Assembly (NCBI RefSeq): GCF_001194135.2
Contig: NC_068985.1
Location: 119,282,151 to 119,346,150 of the forward strand
From: Octopus bimaculoides
Taxonomy: Eukaryota
Length of the DNA stretch: 64,000 bases
Reading direction: 5' to 3'
Numbering within the stretch: the stretch's first letter is position 1; each line of letters opens with the position of its first letter. The notes beneath the pieces are model-generated. The model saw nothing but the letters and a program-made list of their open reading frames with translations, had not been told where the DNA came from and made no database searches. The position numbers and the translations under genes were made by a program. This document shows, piece by piece, positions 50,033 through 63,637 of the stretch.

Positions 50033-52729
50033 CCTAAATTTGATCACCAAAGCTTGTTTTTCTCTCAAAGTCCACTTCCTTTGCCATGGACATACCTATA
50101 ATAATATAGATAAGTTACCTCCACCATAGCTAAGGAATCTTATTCCCAACCCTCTTGTTTTTGTCTTACTACATTTCTAGCAACCCTTCTTTCTAAAGTG
50201 GGGACACCAGTTTAGTCATCAATGACCTCACTAAATAATAAGTTGTGCTGAAATACATCTTACCAGAAACACTCAGACTAATCTGACACACATATATATT
50301 GTGTGAGTGTGAGTGGGCAAATACACATATATACATAAAGACATGTGTGTGTGTGTGTGTGTGTATATATCTATCATCACCATCATCACTATTTAATACC
50401 TATGCTCCAAGCTGGAATGAGTTGGGTGATTAAACAGGATCTGACTGCACTGTGCACCATTGTCTTTGACGTAGTTTCATTGATGGGATGCCCTTCCGGG
50501 ATGCTTTTTTTTCTGTGCCACTAGCACTTGTGAGGCTACCATGCAACTTGCAAGACTATGAACCCCAAAAGAAGATGCTTTATGCTAGGAGATCAGGGGG
50601 TTACAGTATGAGGGAAAGGACAGGACCAGAGCAGAAATGGTTTCTTGCTGTAGGGGAGCTAAATGGCTAGTCACATTTTAGAAGAGAAAGTGGATGTCAT
50701 TAGGGATGGAGTTGAGATTAGATAAAAATGGTGTTGAGGTTTCTGGGTGGATCCTGAAGTTAAGGGTTGAGTAAGAGTGTACACACATGCACACACACAC
50801 ATACACAACTGTTCAGCTATAGTACAGAAGCAATTTTCTTGTACTATGTAGGCATGTAATTATGTGCATGTATACACACACACCCACACGCATGTATAAA
50901 TATTCTTGGGAAGCACAAGAGACAAACCCAGACATATTTTTGCTTTATTTAACATGCAGATTTCTATTCTATTTATCTAGTTTAATCCTCTACACACATT
51001 TAATTTCTAAAACAAGCTGATGTAAGAAGATACTATGAGAGATAGTGCTCCCACTGTTGATAGTGGAAGTACTGTACAGTTGAAATGTGATTTGTTAGCA
51101 ACCAAAGTTCAAATCCGGCCCCATGGAGAAGAATGGATTTCAATTGGCTGATTTACATTAGATGCACTAGTCATTCATTTGTTTAATGTTTTTCCATACT
51201 AGAATAGGTTGGACAGGGTTTTATGGCTAGATGCTTTTCCTGTTGCCAATATTTACCCGTCTTTCAATTAAAGGATTTCTTTTATTTCACAGGTCTTTGA
51301 AAGCATACAATGACCAGTTGAGTTCCAAGGTTAACAAGGAATGTCAGCATCACTGTAATTTCACTCAGGTGGTGACAAGTGAAGCCATGCAATATCAGCA
51401 TTCATGCACATTTGCACATACATATATGATATATATACATGACAAGCTTCCTACAGTTTCCACCTACCAAATTCACATACAAAGCATTGGTTAGCTAGGG
51501 TGCTATAGGGTATAGAACATTGAAACAACAAATTACTACTGTATGGTTTTTACACTTGGATGCCTTAGAATAGAGGGTTGTCTCTGTTATGTACCTAAGC
51601 AGGATGGAGTATACTATTATATGGAATATACTGCACAATTGGATATGAGATGAACTTCAGGGTGTAATTAGTGAAGGGAATGATGACTACTTTGCAAGAG
51701 AACTTCTTGTCCTAAATTAATGGTTTTTGAGCAGATATACAAGATGGGCTTTATATACTAGAGACCTACAATAGCAGCCGAATAGTATGTTAAATGGACT
51801 GTGTATATTTTTACCATGCCACCAACACTGGAGAGGCTGTCCATGTTTGACTAAAGAGTCTCAACTATTCTATACAGTCTTTATTGTTACCACAGAGAGG
51901 AAATTTTTGTATTTGCATGTTAAACTTCATGGGGAGGAAGCCTTCCTGATGGCTGAGAAGCTAATACAACCCGATAATGTTTAAAAAAGTTTTGCTATCA
52001 AAGATGTTCATAGTTATATACATTTTCTTGGTGAAAAGCCACAGTTTTTCAATGTTCTTCACTCTTTACACCAATAACATTAATGATGGAGCTCATGCAT
52101 ATTTGTAAAATAATGGTGTCTGAAGATGGTTAGAGAATATACCAATTTAAATGAAGTGCACATATAGAGAAGATTGAAAGTTAACAACCAGGAACATCCT
52201 CACAGTTTATTGAAAATGTGATCTCACACACACACACACACACACAAACAGAATGAAGAAATAATTTCCAGACTGTAAATGTTTGAAGAAGGGCAGACCA
52301 GTCATGACTGTGTGGTTAAGAGGTTTGCTTTGCAACCCCTTGATTTCAGATTCAGTCCTGTTGCACAACATTTTTGGGGAAGTGTCTTCTGCTATAGCTC
52401 AGGCTGACCAAAGCTTCTGAGTGGAGTTGGTAGATCAAAACTGAAAGAAGCTGGTCATATATATACACATGTTTGAATGTGTGGGCACCTGTGCTTGCCT
52501 GGATATGTTTACACTTTATATTTTGTGTCGTGTAGATATAGTAAGAGATCCCATACTTGAAAAGCAGCAAAAGGGTTAGCAACAAGAAAGGCATCTGGCT
52601 GTAAAACAGGTCTTGATAAAATATTTGTCAAACCCATGTCAGCATGAAAAAATGGATGTAAAACAAATTGAAATAAATGAGTCTAATCAAAATAACTTCC
52701 TCTATTCTTGCTTTCAAGCATAACAAGGA

Positions 52730-52890
52730 GGAATTTCAACCATGTTTCGTGGTCTGTTACCACAACAGCTCCTTTATAGGATCCAGTTAGCTCAAGACAT
52801 CATCAGGAGGAACCACGTCCGGTTTCGGCCCCTACTCCTCTACCGTTTTGACGTGCCCCCCCCCCCCTTTCGGAGGTGTCTTCAGCTCTG
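52730..52890 (-). ncRNA. Degenerate tandem hammerhead-like cores (probable Penelope pLTR remnant)
   Basis: The minus strand reads CTGAAGA...CCGAAACCGGAC and then CTGATGA...GTGGT-aacag-ACCAC-GAAACATGGT. Each GAAAC is followed by a near-palindrome, and ttcctcc recurs after both units. Confidence 0.45.
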
Positions 52891-53449
52891 GTGTTGGGTG
52901 CATGTCTTCTTTCTTCTATTCCCTGGCCTCTTCGATGCAGCATCAACGAGTGTCAGTGTCCGACTGATCGTCATGTCAAATTCATATAACATAAGTTATA
53001 TAAATTCATATAACACAATAACAAGTTCAGTTCTGTGACAACTGTACGGTTAAAGTATCTTGACTCAGGGTAGATGACTGATGTGCTGCTTCTGACTGTA
53101 GTAATGTGGGAGTTGTAATGAAGAGCCTGTCATAAGTCATAGGTGCTGCCTTTCTTTTGATTATTTGATTTTCTGGCATACAAGTTGAATTTTTCAGACC
53201 AAAATTTACAGCCAAAAAAAGCAAGTTAAATAAGTTCAAGGAGGACATTGGAGAACCAAATTTGTGTCAAATGCAACAGAATTTGGAAAGATAGTGATGA
53301 TGTTTAAATATTTACACTACATGTTTACACTATATGCTACATATACCAAATGTCCTACTGAGGGCTGGAAGATTTGGTTTGTCTGCATGGTGAAAGCAGT
53401 CAGTAATGTCACCTCCACATCCATAGTGAGTCTAGGACATTTACCCACC

Positions 53450-53592
53450 ATGGACAATTACCCCCAGAGCACAACAAATGATGATTTAAAACATCTTAAT
53501 ATATTGGAGAGGGGGTAATTAACCAAGGGGGTAGCTGTTGTTGGGGGAATTGTCCTATTGGGGGTAATTGTCCTAGGGAAGTAATTGTCCTG
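53450..53592. mobile_element. Small DNA-element remnant with GGGGTAATTGTCC subterminal repeats
   Basis: ggacaattaccccc (about 53453) is inverted relative to several (g)gggtaattgtcc copies between 53513 and 53590. Confidence 0.45.
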
Positions 53593-53986
53593 ATACGTCC
53601 ATAGTATGATCATCACACGATCTACGATACATAATATAAACATTGGCACACACATTCATACACAAACTTATGTATGATAGGCTTTGCACAGTTTCTCTCT
53701 ACCAAATTCACTTACAAGGAATAGGTCAGCCTGGAGTTACAGTTGAAGACACTTGCTTAAGGAGCTTCTCAACATAACTGAATCCAAAATCACATAGTGG
53801 GGAAGTAAACTTTTTACACATGCAGCCATGACAGAAATTATGTGTGCATGTGTGTGTGCCCATTACCCTGCTTGGAAACAGATGAGAGTTGGCAACTGAA
53901 AGAGCACTTGGCTGTAGAAAATCTGTTTCAATGAACTCTGCCTAATCCATGCAAGCATGGAAAACTGGACATTAAAACGAAGATTG

Positions 53987-54017
<31 letters not shown>

Positions 54018-54227
54018 TATATACACACACTCACACACAAACAGTGAATCCAATATCACATTATCTAATGTGTCTTAGTTTTCTAAGATGGTAGGGTGTG
54101 GTTAGAGGGTGCTATTTCTATGAGTTAGTAAGCTCATGTTTCGTTTAAAAAAAACCATCTATACAATTATTATGATGGGTAGAATATGAAAAATGTGACA
54201 CTAAATGAAATGTTGAGATGAAACATG

Positions 54228-54298
<71 letters not shown>

Positions 54299-54342
54299 AA
54301 ATAATTAGGGGGTTTTCTTCCCCAAACCATCTTGTATATTAC

Positions 54343-55055
54343 CTGCCATTGAGAGGGAGCTGCTCCTTTTAATTTTTTCCACCAAATTGTCAGCGATAAA
54401 CTCAATCATATCTCCTTTTTGTACAATGGTGCCATGAGGTAAGCTACGTGAGAGATCACTATCAGCGGAACTAAGTGCATCCAATGAAGGGTCTTCAACA
54501 GAACAGTGCCGCTTCTTACGCTCACTGTTCTGAATGGGTACGGGAAGGGATAAAGAATGGGGGTCAAGTTTCTGCTGGAAATCTAATTTACAAGCTTTTA
54601 ATAACTCCACATTTGAAATACCGTTGCCAATCTGTTCACTGAGCTTATCATCAAGATGGGTCCGGGCAACAGACACAAGGTTATCGTTTTCTTCAAGACC
54701 ATGCATATCGTGCTGATCAATGCTCATATCTATGCATTGTAAGCCATGGTTCAAGTTCATGTTAATCTCATGCTGCAAGAGTGCATCCTTGTTTCGTTGA
54801 TGCAGTTCTTGCAGCTCGGAGGGAGCCATGTGTAAGTCAGCATCCCTTAGGCTCCCAAATGTCCCACTGTCAGGAGAGTGCTGGAAGATTGGGTTTGTCT
54901 CCATGGTAATTGGTTGCAAGCAGTCGCTGGCATCACTCCCGCAGGATACAGCATCCATGGTATGATCATCACACGATCCACAACTACTGGAGCGGGTGTC
55001 TCCGACAGAATCGCGGTTGCTGCTGTGGTGCTCCTCTGAATGACCTTCAGACAGC
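54343..55055 (-). CDS. BORCS6: BORCS6 coding exon 2 (713 nt): acidic/disordered N-terminal region and the conserved motif HGTIVQKGDMIEFIADNLVEKIKRSS
   Basis: Acceptor (T)37-gtttgaag| and donor GCAG|gtaata. The frame is open upstream of the track ORF Met at 54958. The motif matches the lyspersin G-x-FVA-x2-L-x2-KI element (recalled human EGTVSRHGDLTHFVANNLQLKIRLS). Confidence 0.93.
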
Positions 55056-55062
55056 CTTCAAA

Positions 55063-55101
<39 letters not shown>

Positions 55102-56591
55102 ATTCATTAATTATAAGCAAATATCAATACAAAAATATCTTGAAAACATTCAACAGATGTAATGTTTGTGATATTAAATATGCTGATAAATCCATAGAAA
55201 CTTTTGGAATTAAGTAACACCAGATTTCAACAAAAGGTAATGTTAGTCCAGGTAGGACTAAGTTTAAAGAAATTAGCAGTTATTTTAGGGTAGCTCCATT
55301 TAGATGGTTTGACTTCTAAGTGATTAACAAATTGAAATTTGTATCTTACTTAGTCATAGAGTTATATGATTAGGCTATTCTCAAAAGGCATTAGCAGCTT
55401 AACCCATTACCTCCCATAATTCTATTAACTGGAATTTTTTTTATGAAACTTTGATTTCTAGCATAAAACAGCCTTAGAAACATGCTGGAATGATCAAAAT
55501 AACATTTTAAATAGAAATAAGTGAGATATTGGGTGAAAAATTAGCAAACCTCATTTGAATATCAGAGAAATATACCTAGTAGATATAGCAAAAGGGTTAG
55601 ATATGTGTAAATCTTGATAGAAATTACAAATTTCGTAATTCTCTAAGTGATCTCATATGAGATCACTGGTAGGTAATGGGTTAAGTGACACAAAATAGTT
55701 CCAACATGACTTACAAGAAGCTTGCCTCTCTACTCTGACATTTACTACATAAATTGACAGCAATCATCATCATTATTGTTGTTGTCATTGCTTTTAGTGT
55801 CTACTTTTCCATGCTTGCATGGGTCAGATGGAATTTATTGAGGCAGATTTTCTATGGTTGGATACCATTCCGGTCACCATCCTTCACTTGTTTCCATGCA
55901 AAGAAATATAACACCATGGAAGATAGGAAACAAACATTATAACTTATATGACAGTGATGCTGAACTTTGCTTTTTATCCTCTCAACATTGATAAAATCCA
56001 AAGCAGTGGACTGGCAGAATTGTTAGAAGGCCAACAAAGATTTCTTGGGGCATCTGATCCAGCTCTTTGGATTCTGAAAGCAATTTCTGTAGTCACACTT
56101 GCCAAGTCTATCAGCCCAAGTTGGCAATCTTTCCCCTTAGATAAATGAAGACATGAAGATTGATGACATGAAGAGGGGAAACTTGCATGCATGTGAAACT
56201 CTTAAGTTTTCTTCAAAAAATCCTATCCAGACTTGTATATATACGTGCAGATGCATGGTCAACCTTGCCTGACAGATGTCCTTCACACGAAGGCAGAGAG
56301 AGAGAAGATACTAGATGGCCTTACCAGAAGGCCATTGAGTATCTCCTTACAAAGACATGTTTGATAATATATTGTGTGGAACAGAGGGGAGAGAAGCTCC
56401 ATAACCACTAGCACCTATAATCATGATATATGAAAAAGAACAAAAGTTAAGACAATCTTGATAGTGGATATTTTAAAAACCATATTTGACAAGGAATAAC
56501 AAGGTACTTTCTTTGATTAATCACCTTAACTGCTTTTCAACAGTTACATTTTGACTGCACTAGTAACACTTTACAGCAGAAATCAGATATA

Positions 56592-57422
56592 TGAGTTGCA
56601 TTCAAAAAGTATTTTATTTTATTTTTCCTTGCTAAACTAAGCCATATGCACAAAACCTTTGAATGGGAGGTGACAACACTCTTCCTGTGCATACATGGAA
56701 ATTTTCATGCTGGTTGGCCATGTCAGCTCCCCACTATCATGCATAGGCATGTAGTGTGCGCCTGTCAGATTTTTGCTTCCACTGAATGCATCAAGTTTTG
56801 TCAAAAGTTTGATGATATTCAAGCTCAAACCATCCAGCAGGCTTTGGTGATGATGCCATGGACAAAACTCAGATTAAGAAGTGGTACAACTGCTCAAAAC
56901 ATGGAGAGCGAGGTATGCTCAGGCAGTCCAACCACAAACCAAAACAAGGAGCCAATTGAAAAGGTTTGATGAACAGTCATGGAAGACTGTTATATGACAA
57001 TCTAGGAAATTGTTCATGAAGTGGGAATAAGCACAGAATCAGAGGGTTTGTGCATATGAGAAATGTCAGTGAAATTTGTCCCCAAGCTACTGACGGAGCA
57101 GCAGAAGCAACTTTGCATAGAGATCTCTCAGGACATACTGGACTGTGGAAACCATGACCTAAACTTCATAAAACCATCATCACTGGTGATGAGCTCTGCT
57201 TGATGTGTTTGGTCATCTTGCATGAAAACAAAAATCTTATGAGTATGCACTACACCTCTATACTCTAGGCATAACAGCTGGGAACTGACATGGCCTACTG
57301 GCACAAACATTTTCACACAAGTACAAGAAGGGTAGTGTCAACCCCTGCCCAAAGCATTTTCCGCAAGCAGTATTAGTTTTTGTGAGAAAAAATAAAGTTG
57401 GATACTTCTTGAACGCACCTTG
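56592..57422 (+). mobile_element. Non-autonomous mariner, same family as 30872-31684
   Basis: TA-tgagttgcattcaaaaagtat ... atacttcttgaacgcaccttg-TA; contains CIKFCQKFDDIQAQTIQQ. Confidence 0.85.
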
Positions 57423-59559
57423 TAACTATTCAAAACTTAATTATCCTTAACTGCTGAAACAGCTTAATATACCACTATCTTTTGTTGAGGATTGTCAAGT
57501 TTGAAAGTATTTTTTGTTGCAACGTCAAGTTTATTCAGGCAACATCAGTACTGGAATAACTATGAAATTAAATTTTGCAGCTAAAGGGTTAAACACAGAT
57601 TAGTCACATTTAAAACCAACTCAAATTATAGTACTGCTATGGAATGTACCAGATAAATCTGTGTACTAATGACATTTAATATAACATCTCGATAACATTA
57701 ACATTTCAGAGGGTGCTGCACTCAGCCAGAATATAATTGGTATAATTAAACAAGTTTTTTATCAAATTGTTTGAATACTATCTTAGTTTTAGATTACATA
57801 AGTTGTTTTTCACAGAGCAAATGGCTAAGAAGTTTATATTATAACTTGAAGTCCCAAGTTTGAACTCATTTTTACCATAACTCCAGGTAGATCTAAGCCT
57901 TGTGAATGAAATTCGGTACATGGATGGAAATTGTATGGAAGTCCATGAGATGGATTGGATCTGGACTTTAAAAATCGCAGCCTTATCACATAAAGGAACA
58001 CATATCTGTGGAATACACAACCACTTAGATTTATTAATAATTTAACAAGTATGTGGATCGGTTGATCAGACAACTGAATGCTCATCATCTAAATGATGGA
58101 GTTTCCTGAGCATAAACATGAAGCCTTAGATTTACAAATGAGAGGAAACAAGTGTGTGTGTATGTGTGTGTGTTTGGACCCTTATCTTGGTATCATGGGA
58201 TGATGGTGAATGAGCATCACTATCATACAAGCAATGTTGTTTGTTTCCAGTCTTCTGTGAAAACATGTATAGCCATGAGGAATGTGTTTTTCCAGGTTGG
58301 TAAGGGATGGACAGTTTGATAGTTGCCGAGCCAGAGGACTGCACAAAGCTCTCCTGTCTGCTTTGGTCCAGTTTCTACAGCTAGATGATGATGTAGGTGA
58401 TGGGAGGTTAAAGTGTGACAGAGTGATAGAAACAGGGGTCTTGCTGTACTGGAGATACTTGGCTACCCCAGTTGGAAAAGAGAGAAAGGAAAGAGAGAGA
58501 AAAAGTGTTGAGGATGTGTTGGATCCTCAATGTACAAAGAGGTGAATATAAGTGTTACAAAGGATTGAACAGGGTGACAAAAGGATATATTTTGTTGTGT
58601 GGCAATAATATACAGTTAAATAATAATAATATATAAGTACAGACAAATATATACATGTTTGTATTTATATAGTACACACTGTAAAGCAGTTTGGGGTTAG
58701 GAAAGATATCCAGCCATAGAGACTATTTTGAAAGTAGAATGTACAAATATAAGCAAACAGGGTTCTCTGACTTGTCTAGGAGGGTACTGCCTCCAAATAA
58801 GAACTGAATTAGACTGTGACAATTTGTATAACCTACAATAGCATGGAAAGCAGATGATATATATCATAAGTTTTAACATCCACTGTTCCATGCATAAATG
58901 GGCTGGACAGAATTCATTACAGATTTTCTACAGCCAGAAGTCCTTCGTGACATCAACCCTCACTTTATTTCTAAGTAAGGGAGCATTTCTACATAGCTGG
59001 ATACATTTTCAAGGAAGACTGGACACAGATGGCACTGCGTGTATGGACAGCGGCACTACTTTACAACTACCCTGCAATGCACAGACATTAACAATAATGA
59101 GTGAATAAAAGTCAACAAAATATAATAGTAAAAATATTACACAAAAATTAAAATTCTTAATGGCTGGCCTGCTTAATGGTTTAGGTTCAAACTCCAAAAT
59201 TATTTTTCTTATTATTCACTTTGACCCATTAGGGAAATTAGAGGTAAAATAAAATAAAAAGAAAGCTTCTGCTAATAACTGTAAAATAATTCCTAATGAA
59301 CATTTGTCTATGTGAACGGTAAATAATGCCAGCTAACATAAATTGTTTATACATCTATGCAAATAAACACACATGACTCCAATTTCTCTAACCATCACTT
59401 GCTAGTCACTTCTTTCTCATCTCTAAACATCTCTCTTCACACTCTTATGAAACATCCCCCTCTTTCCCCTATGTACCACTTATATTACCCCCCCCCCCNN
59501 NNNNNNNNTCCATGTGGGTAAGTCTTGATGCTTTTCTAACACCATCTATTTCTCTCTCA

Positions 59560-59940
59560 CTAACTCTTTACTTACTTGTTTCAGCCATTTAACTGCAGCC
59601 ATGCTGGAGCACCGCCTTTAGTCGAGTAAATCGACCCCAGGACTTATTCTATCGGTCGCTTTTGCCGAACCGCTAAGTTACGGGGACATAGACACACCAG
59701 CATCGGTTGTCAAGCGATGTTGGGGGGGGGGGACAAACACAGACACACAAACATATATACACACGTACATATATACGATGGGCTTCTTTCAGTTTCCATC
59801 TATCAAATCCACTCACAAGGCCTTGGTCGGCCCGAGGCTATAGTAGAAGACACTTGCCCAAGGTGCCATGAAATGGGACTGAACCTGGAACCATGTGGTT
59901 GGTAAGCAAGCTACTTACTACACAGTCACTCCTGTGCCTA
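59560..59940 (-). mobile_element. Full-length, CpG-rich (young) SINE family B
   Basis: gcagccatgctggagcaccgcctttagtcgag...ttgccgaaccgctaagttacgggga...cttggtcggcccgaggctatagtagaagacac...ggtaagcaagctacttac. Confidence 0.9.
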
Positions 59941-60351
59941 TACTGTCTATATTTTTTTCTAACTATCTCTCCTTTTCCTACTGGGGTAGCCAAGAATCTC
60001 CTGTATAGTAAGACATCAGTCTATCTCTCTATAGTACTTTAATCTCTCATCTGGTACAAAGTCATTTCCTTTGGTACCACTCCCTCAGCTGAGAGGTCTT
60101 TGTTTTGTAAGTTATTTAGTGCCCCCACTGGTGTTGGTGTCACATAAAAAGCACCCAGTACATTCTGTAAAGTGGTTGATATTTGCAAGGGCATCCATCC
60201 ACAGAAACCATGCCAAAGCAGAGAATGGAGCCTGGCACAGCTCTCCCACTTGCTGGCTTCTGTTAAACAATTCAACCCATGCCAGAATAGAAGACAGACA
60301 TTAAATGATAAATATATATAGAGCAAGAACCATATCTAGTGACATTTACAG

Positions 60352-60497
60352 CAGGCATGGGTAACCTTTCTAAAGAAGTGGGCCACATGTGACATGGTTC
60401 ACCATAAGGCAGGCTGCACTACTAAAATCATTCAAAGTAATTTTCATTGATGTACCATTCAGAAAGTCCCATGGGACCCACAGTTTGCCCACAACTG
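60352..60497. mobile_element. 146-bp hAT MITE with a perfect 8-bp TSD
   Basis: atttacag at 60344-60351 and 60498-60505; ends caggcatgggtaac ... tttgcccacaactg. Confidence 0.8.
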
Positions 60498-61899
60498 ATT
60501 TACAGTAATGTGACAAGAAACAGTTAAGAATGAAACGGTTTTATTTATCTAAGATGTTCAACTTTAGTATTCAAAGCACAAGTGTAAATGTGTCTTTTTA
60601 TTGCAAATGGCTAGCTGCTAGCATTTGACCAAAATATACCAAAATGCATCTGGAGCAGAACTAACAATAATGATTGTGTTCACCTGCACATTAGAAATTT
60701 AATCTTTATGAATTCTTGTTGAGCAATGTGGTGGAGTCATGACTTCCTCTTCAATAACCAAGTCAATACTGGACTGCTCCCACTTACATGTTTGTGGAGC
60801 CTGACATTTCAGCATATCATGGTGGTAATCATTAATGGAATCTCCATCAGCAAACTCAGGGATCATTTGGACCATACTTTTCAAGAAGTTGACATCTTGG
60901 CAATGTTAGGACTATATATTCAGTTGAGACAGTGATAATTTGACCATAAGGGTACTGGATACAAGCATAATGGTGAAGAGCATCAATCAGTTAATCTGCC
61001 TCCAGCTCATATTTGTCCTTAGGATTAATCCATCTAGGTAAAACTTCTCAAGATTCAAGCAGTTTTCCAGATAAACATTGCTTGACAAGAGATGCTGAAC
61101 GTTAAACTTTTTTGTATCCAAGAGTTAGTGTCTGGTGAGGTTACATAGAGTTGTGACATAAGATTCACTAGCTCTAGCTGCTTGCTGTTTTTGTGATCTC
61201 CAAGAACGGTATTCTGCTATTTAATGAAGCTGTAACTAAGAGTAATTATTGCAGTATTGTAGTAATATAGTTGCAGGAATGGCTGTGTGGTAAGAAGTTT
61301 CATTCCCCATCACACGAGTCTGGTTCAACCCTGTAGTGTGGTACTTTGGTCAAGTATCTTCTACTACAGCCCCAGGAGACCAAAGACTTGTGAGTGGATT
61401 TGGTAAACGGAAACTGAAAGAAGCCCATCATATATATATGTGTATGTGTGTTATTGTCTCTGTGTTGTAAATGAGCATCACTGTTATGCAAGTGGTGTCC
61501 TTTGGTTCCAATATTTTGTGAAAGCCTGTCTGGTCATGGGGAAATATTACCTTACTTGGAAACAGGTGAGGGTTGGTGACAGAAGGGCATCTGGACATAG
61601 AAAATCCACCTTGACAGATTCCCTCCAACCCATGCAAGCATAAAAAAGTGGACGTTAAAACAATGATGATGATATATTGTTGATGCAATCTAAAATATGG
61701 CTGAAGACTAAAAAAGTGACAGTAAGTGTTGACCAGTTAGGTCTGGTACTTCAACAAGAAAACTTAGATATTTGGTTTTACAGCGTGTCCATTTTCAGAC
61801 TGTAATAGATGAAGTGCAGTCAAAATGATGACCCCAAAGAAAATTGCAGAAATGTCTTTCTAGTTAGTACGTGAAATGCAATATGAACTAACTTGTTCT

Positions 61900-62120
61900 T
61901 ATTGCGAATGGCCGTCTGCATTTAATCGAAGTATACCACATTCTCTTGAACCGGAAGTAGCAATGTTGATTTCCTAGTATCCAACGTAAGATAATTCATC
62001 ACCCGTGAAGGAAGTGGCGGAAACTGTCAAAGTACCATCGAATATGTAATGGTAATATTCTTCCCCACACCTCGGGGGGGGGGGGGCGGTTAGGACAAGT
62101 AATTGATAAAAGGTTAATTT
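61900..62120. promoter_or_regulatory. CpG-enriched regulatory-like segment in BORCS6 intron 1 with an ETS site
   Basis: CCGGAAGT at 61951-61958, GGAAGTGGCGGAAAC near 62011, a G-run/GC-box-like GGGGCGG near 62085, and raised CpG from 61.9 to 62.56 kb. Confidence 0.4.
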
Positions 62121-62571
62121 AAATTGTGGACACGGGAAAATTTAACAGTAAACACGTCGATTACTTTGAAATTAATTAAGGCAACACATTTTTTTTTTAT
62201 TATTAGGGAATGAAAATATTACTTTACCATTTTAGACACGCTAGAGTGAGACTATATATGAAAGGAATCAACATTGTCTTCTGAGAATAATACCGCTTAA
62301 GAAGAAATAAAATATAGTTTAGGTCACTGATATACGGTGTGTTTAGAATGCAGTTGTCACATCAGAAACTGAAAATACGGAAGCTTATTGCATGCATTTA
62401 CAGTAATATAATGTTTGTTGACAACTCTCGCTTGCAAAAATCTCATTACTATAGCCGAAAAATCAACAGATAGTATATGAAATTTCAAAAACGTTAAGCG
62501 GAAGGAATTTAGCGATGTTGTAATATTGATTCAAAACAACAAGTCTTTGACAATGTGAAAACGTATAAAAT

Positions 62572-62576
<5 letters not shown>

Positions 62577-62622
<46 letters not shown>

Positions 62623-63537
62623 NNNNNNNNNNNNNNNNNNNNNNNNNNNNNNNNNNNNNNNNNNNNNNNNNNNNNNNNNNNNNNNNNNNNNNNNNNNNNN
62701 NNNNNNNNNNNNNNNNNNNNNNNNNNNNNNNNNNNNNNNNNNNNNNNNNNNNNNNNNNNNNNNNNNNNNNNNNNNNNNNNNNNNNNNNNNNNNNNNNNNN
62801 NNNNNNNNNNNNNNNNNNNNNNNNNNNNNNNNNNNNNNNNNNNNNNNNNNNNNNNNNNNNNNNNNNNNNNNNNNNNNNNNNNNNNNNNNNNNNNNNNNNN
62901 NNNNNNNNNNNNNNNNNNNNNNNNNNNNNNNNNNNNNNNNNNNNNNNNNNNNNNNNNNNNNNNNNNNNNNNNNNNNNNNNNNNNNNNNNNNNNNNNNNNN
63001 NNNNNNNNNNNNNNNNNNNNNNNNNNNNNNNNNNNNNNNNNNNNNNNNNNNNNNNNNNNNNNNNNNNNNNNNNNNNNNNNNNNNNNNNNNNNNNNNNNNN
63101 NNNNNNNNNNNNNNNNNNNNNNNNNNNNNNNNNNNNNNNNNNNNNNNNNNNNNNNNNNNNNNNNNNNNNNNNNNNNNNNNNNNNNNNNNNNNNNNNNNNN
63201 NNNNNNNNNNNNNNNNNNNNNNNNNNNNNNNNNNNNNNNNNNNNNNNNNNNNNNNNNNNNNNNNNNNNNNNNNNNNNNNNNNNNNNNNNNNNNNNNNNNN
63301 NNNNNNNNNNNNNNNNNNNNNNNNNNNNNNNNNNNNNNNNNNNNNNNNNNNNNNNNNNNNNNNNNNNNNNNNNNNNNNNNNNNNNNNNNNNNNNNNNNNN
63401 NNNNNNNNNNNNNNNNNNNNNNNNNNNNNNNNNNNNNNNNNNNNNNNNNNNNNNNNNNNNNNNNNNNNNNNNNNNNNNNNNNNNNNNNNNNNNNNNNNNN
63501 NNNNNNNNNNNNNNNNNNNNNNNNNNNNNNNNNNNNN

Positions 63538-63570
<33 letters not shown>
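62577..63570. repeat. (GT)n ... 915-nt N gap ... (TA)n in BORCS6 intron 1
   Basis: Ns run from 62623 to 63537 and are flanked by dinucleotide repeats. Confidence 0.95.
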
Positions 63571-63573
<3 letters not shown>

Positions 63574-63637
63574 GATGTTAAGGTAGGAAAAAAAATTTAC
63601 ATTGTAATTAATCGATGAATTTGAAAAGTAAACTCAC

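Noticed and set aside
57834-58088. Cassette exon of BORCS6 in intron 1
   Set aside because: It has a plausible acceptor and open frame, but the available donors are phase 0 whereas exon 2 needs phase 2.
60699-60900. Cassette exon or small gene (DVNFLKSMVQMIPEF...)
   Set aside because: It hits a stop when read in the BORCS6 phase and has no recognisable motif; likely a decayed repeat.
61820-61960. C/D box snoRNA (ATGATGA at about 61823)
   Set aside because: There is no D box (CTGA) or terminal stem at a suitable distance.
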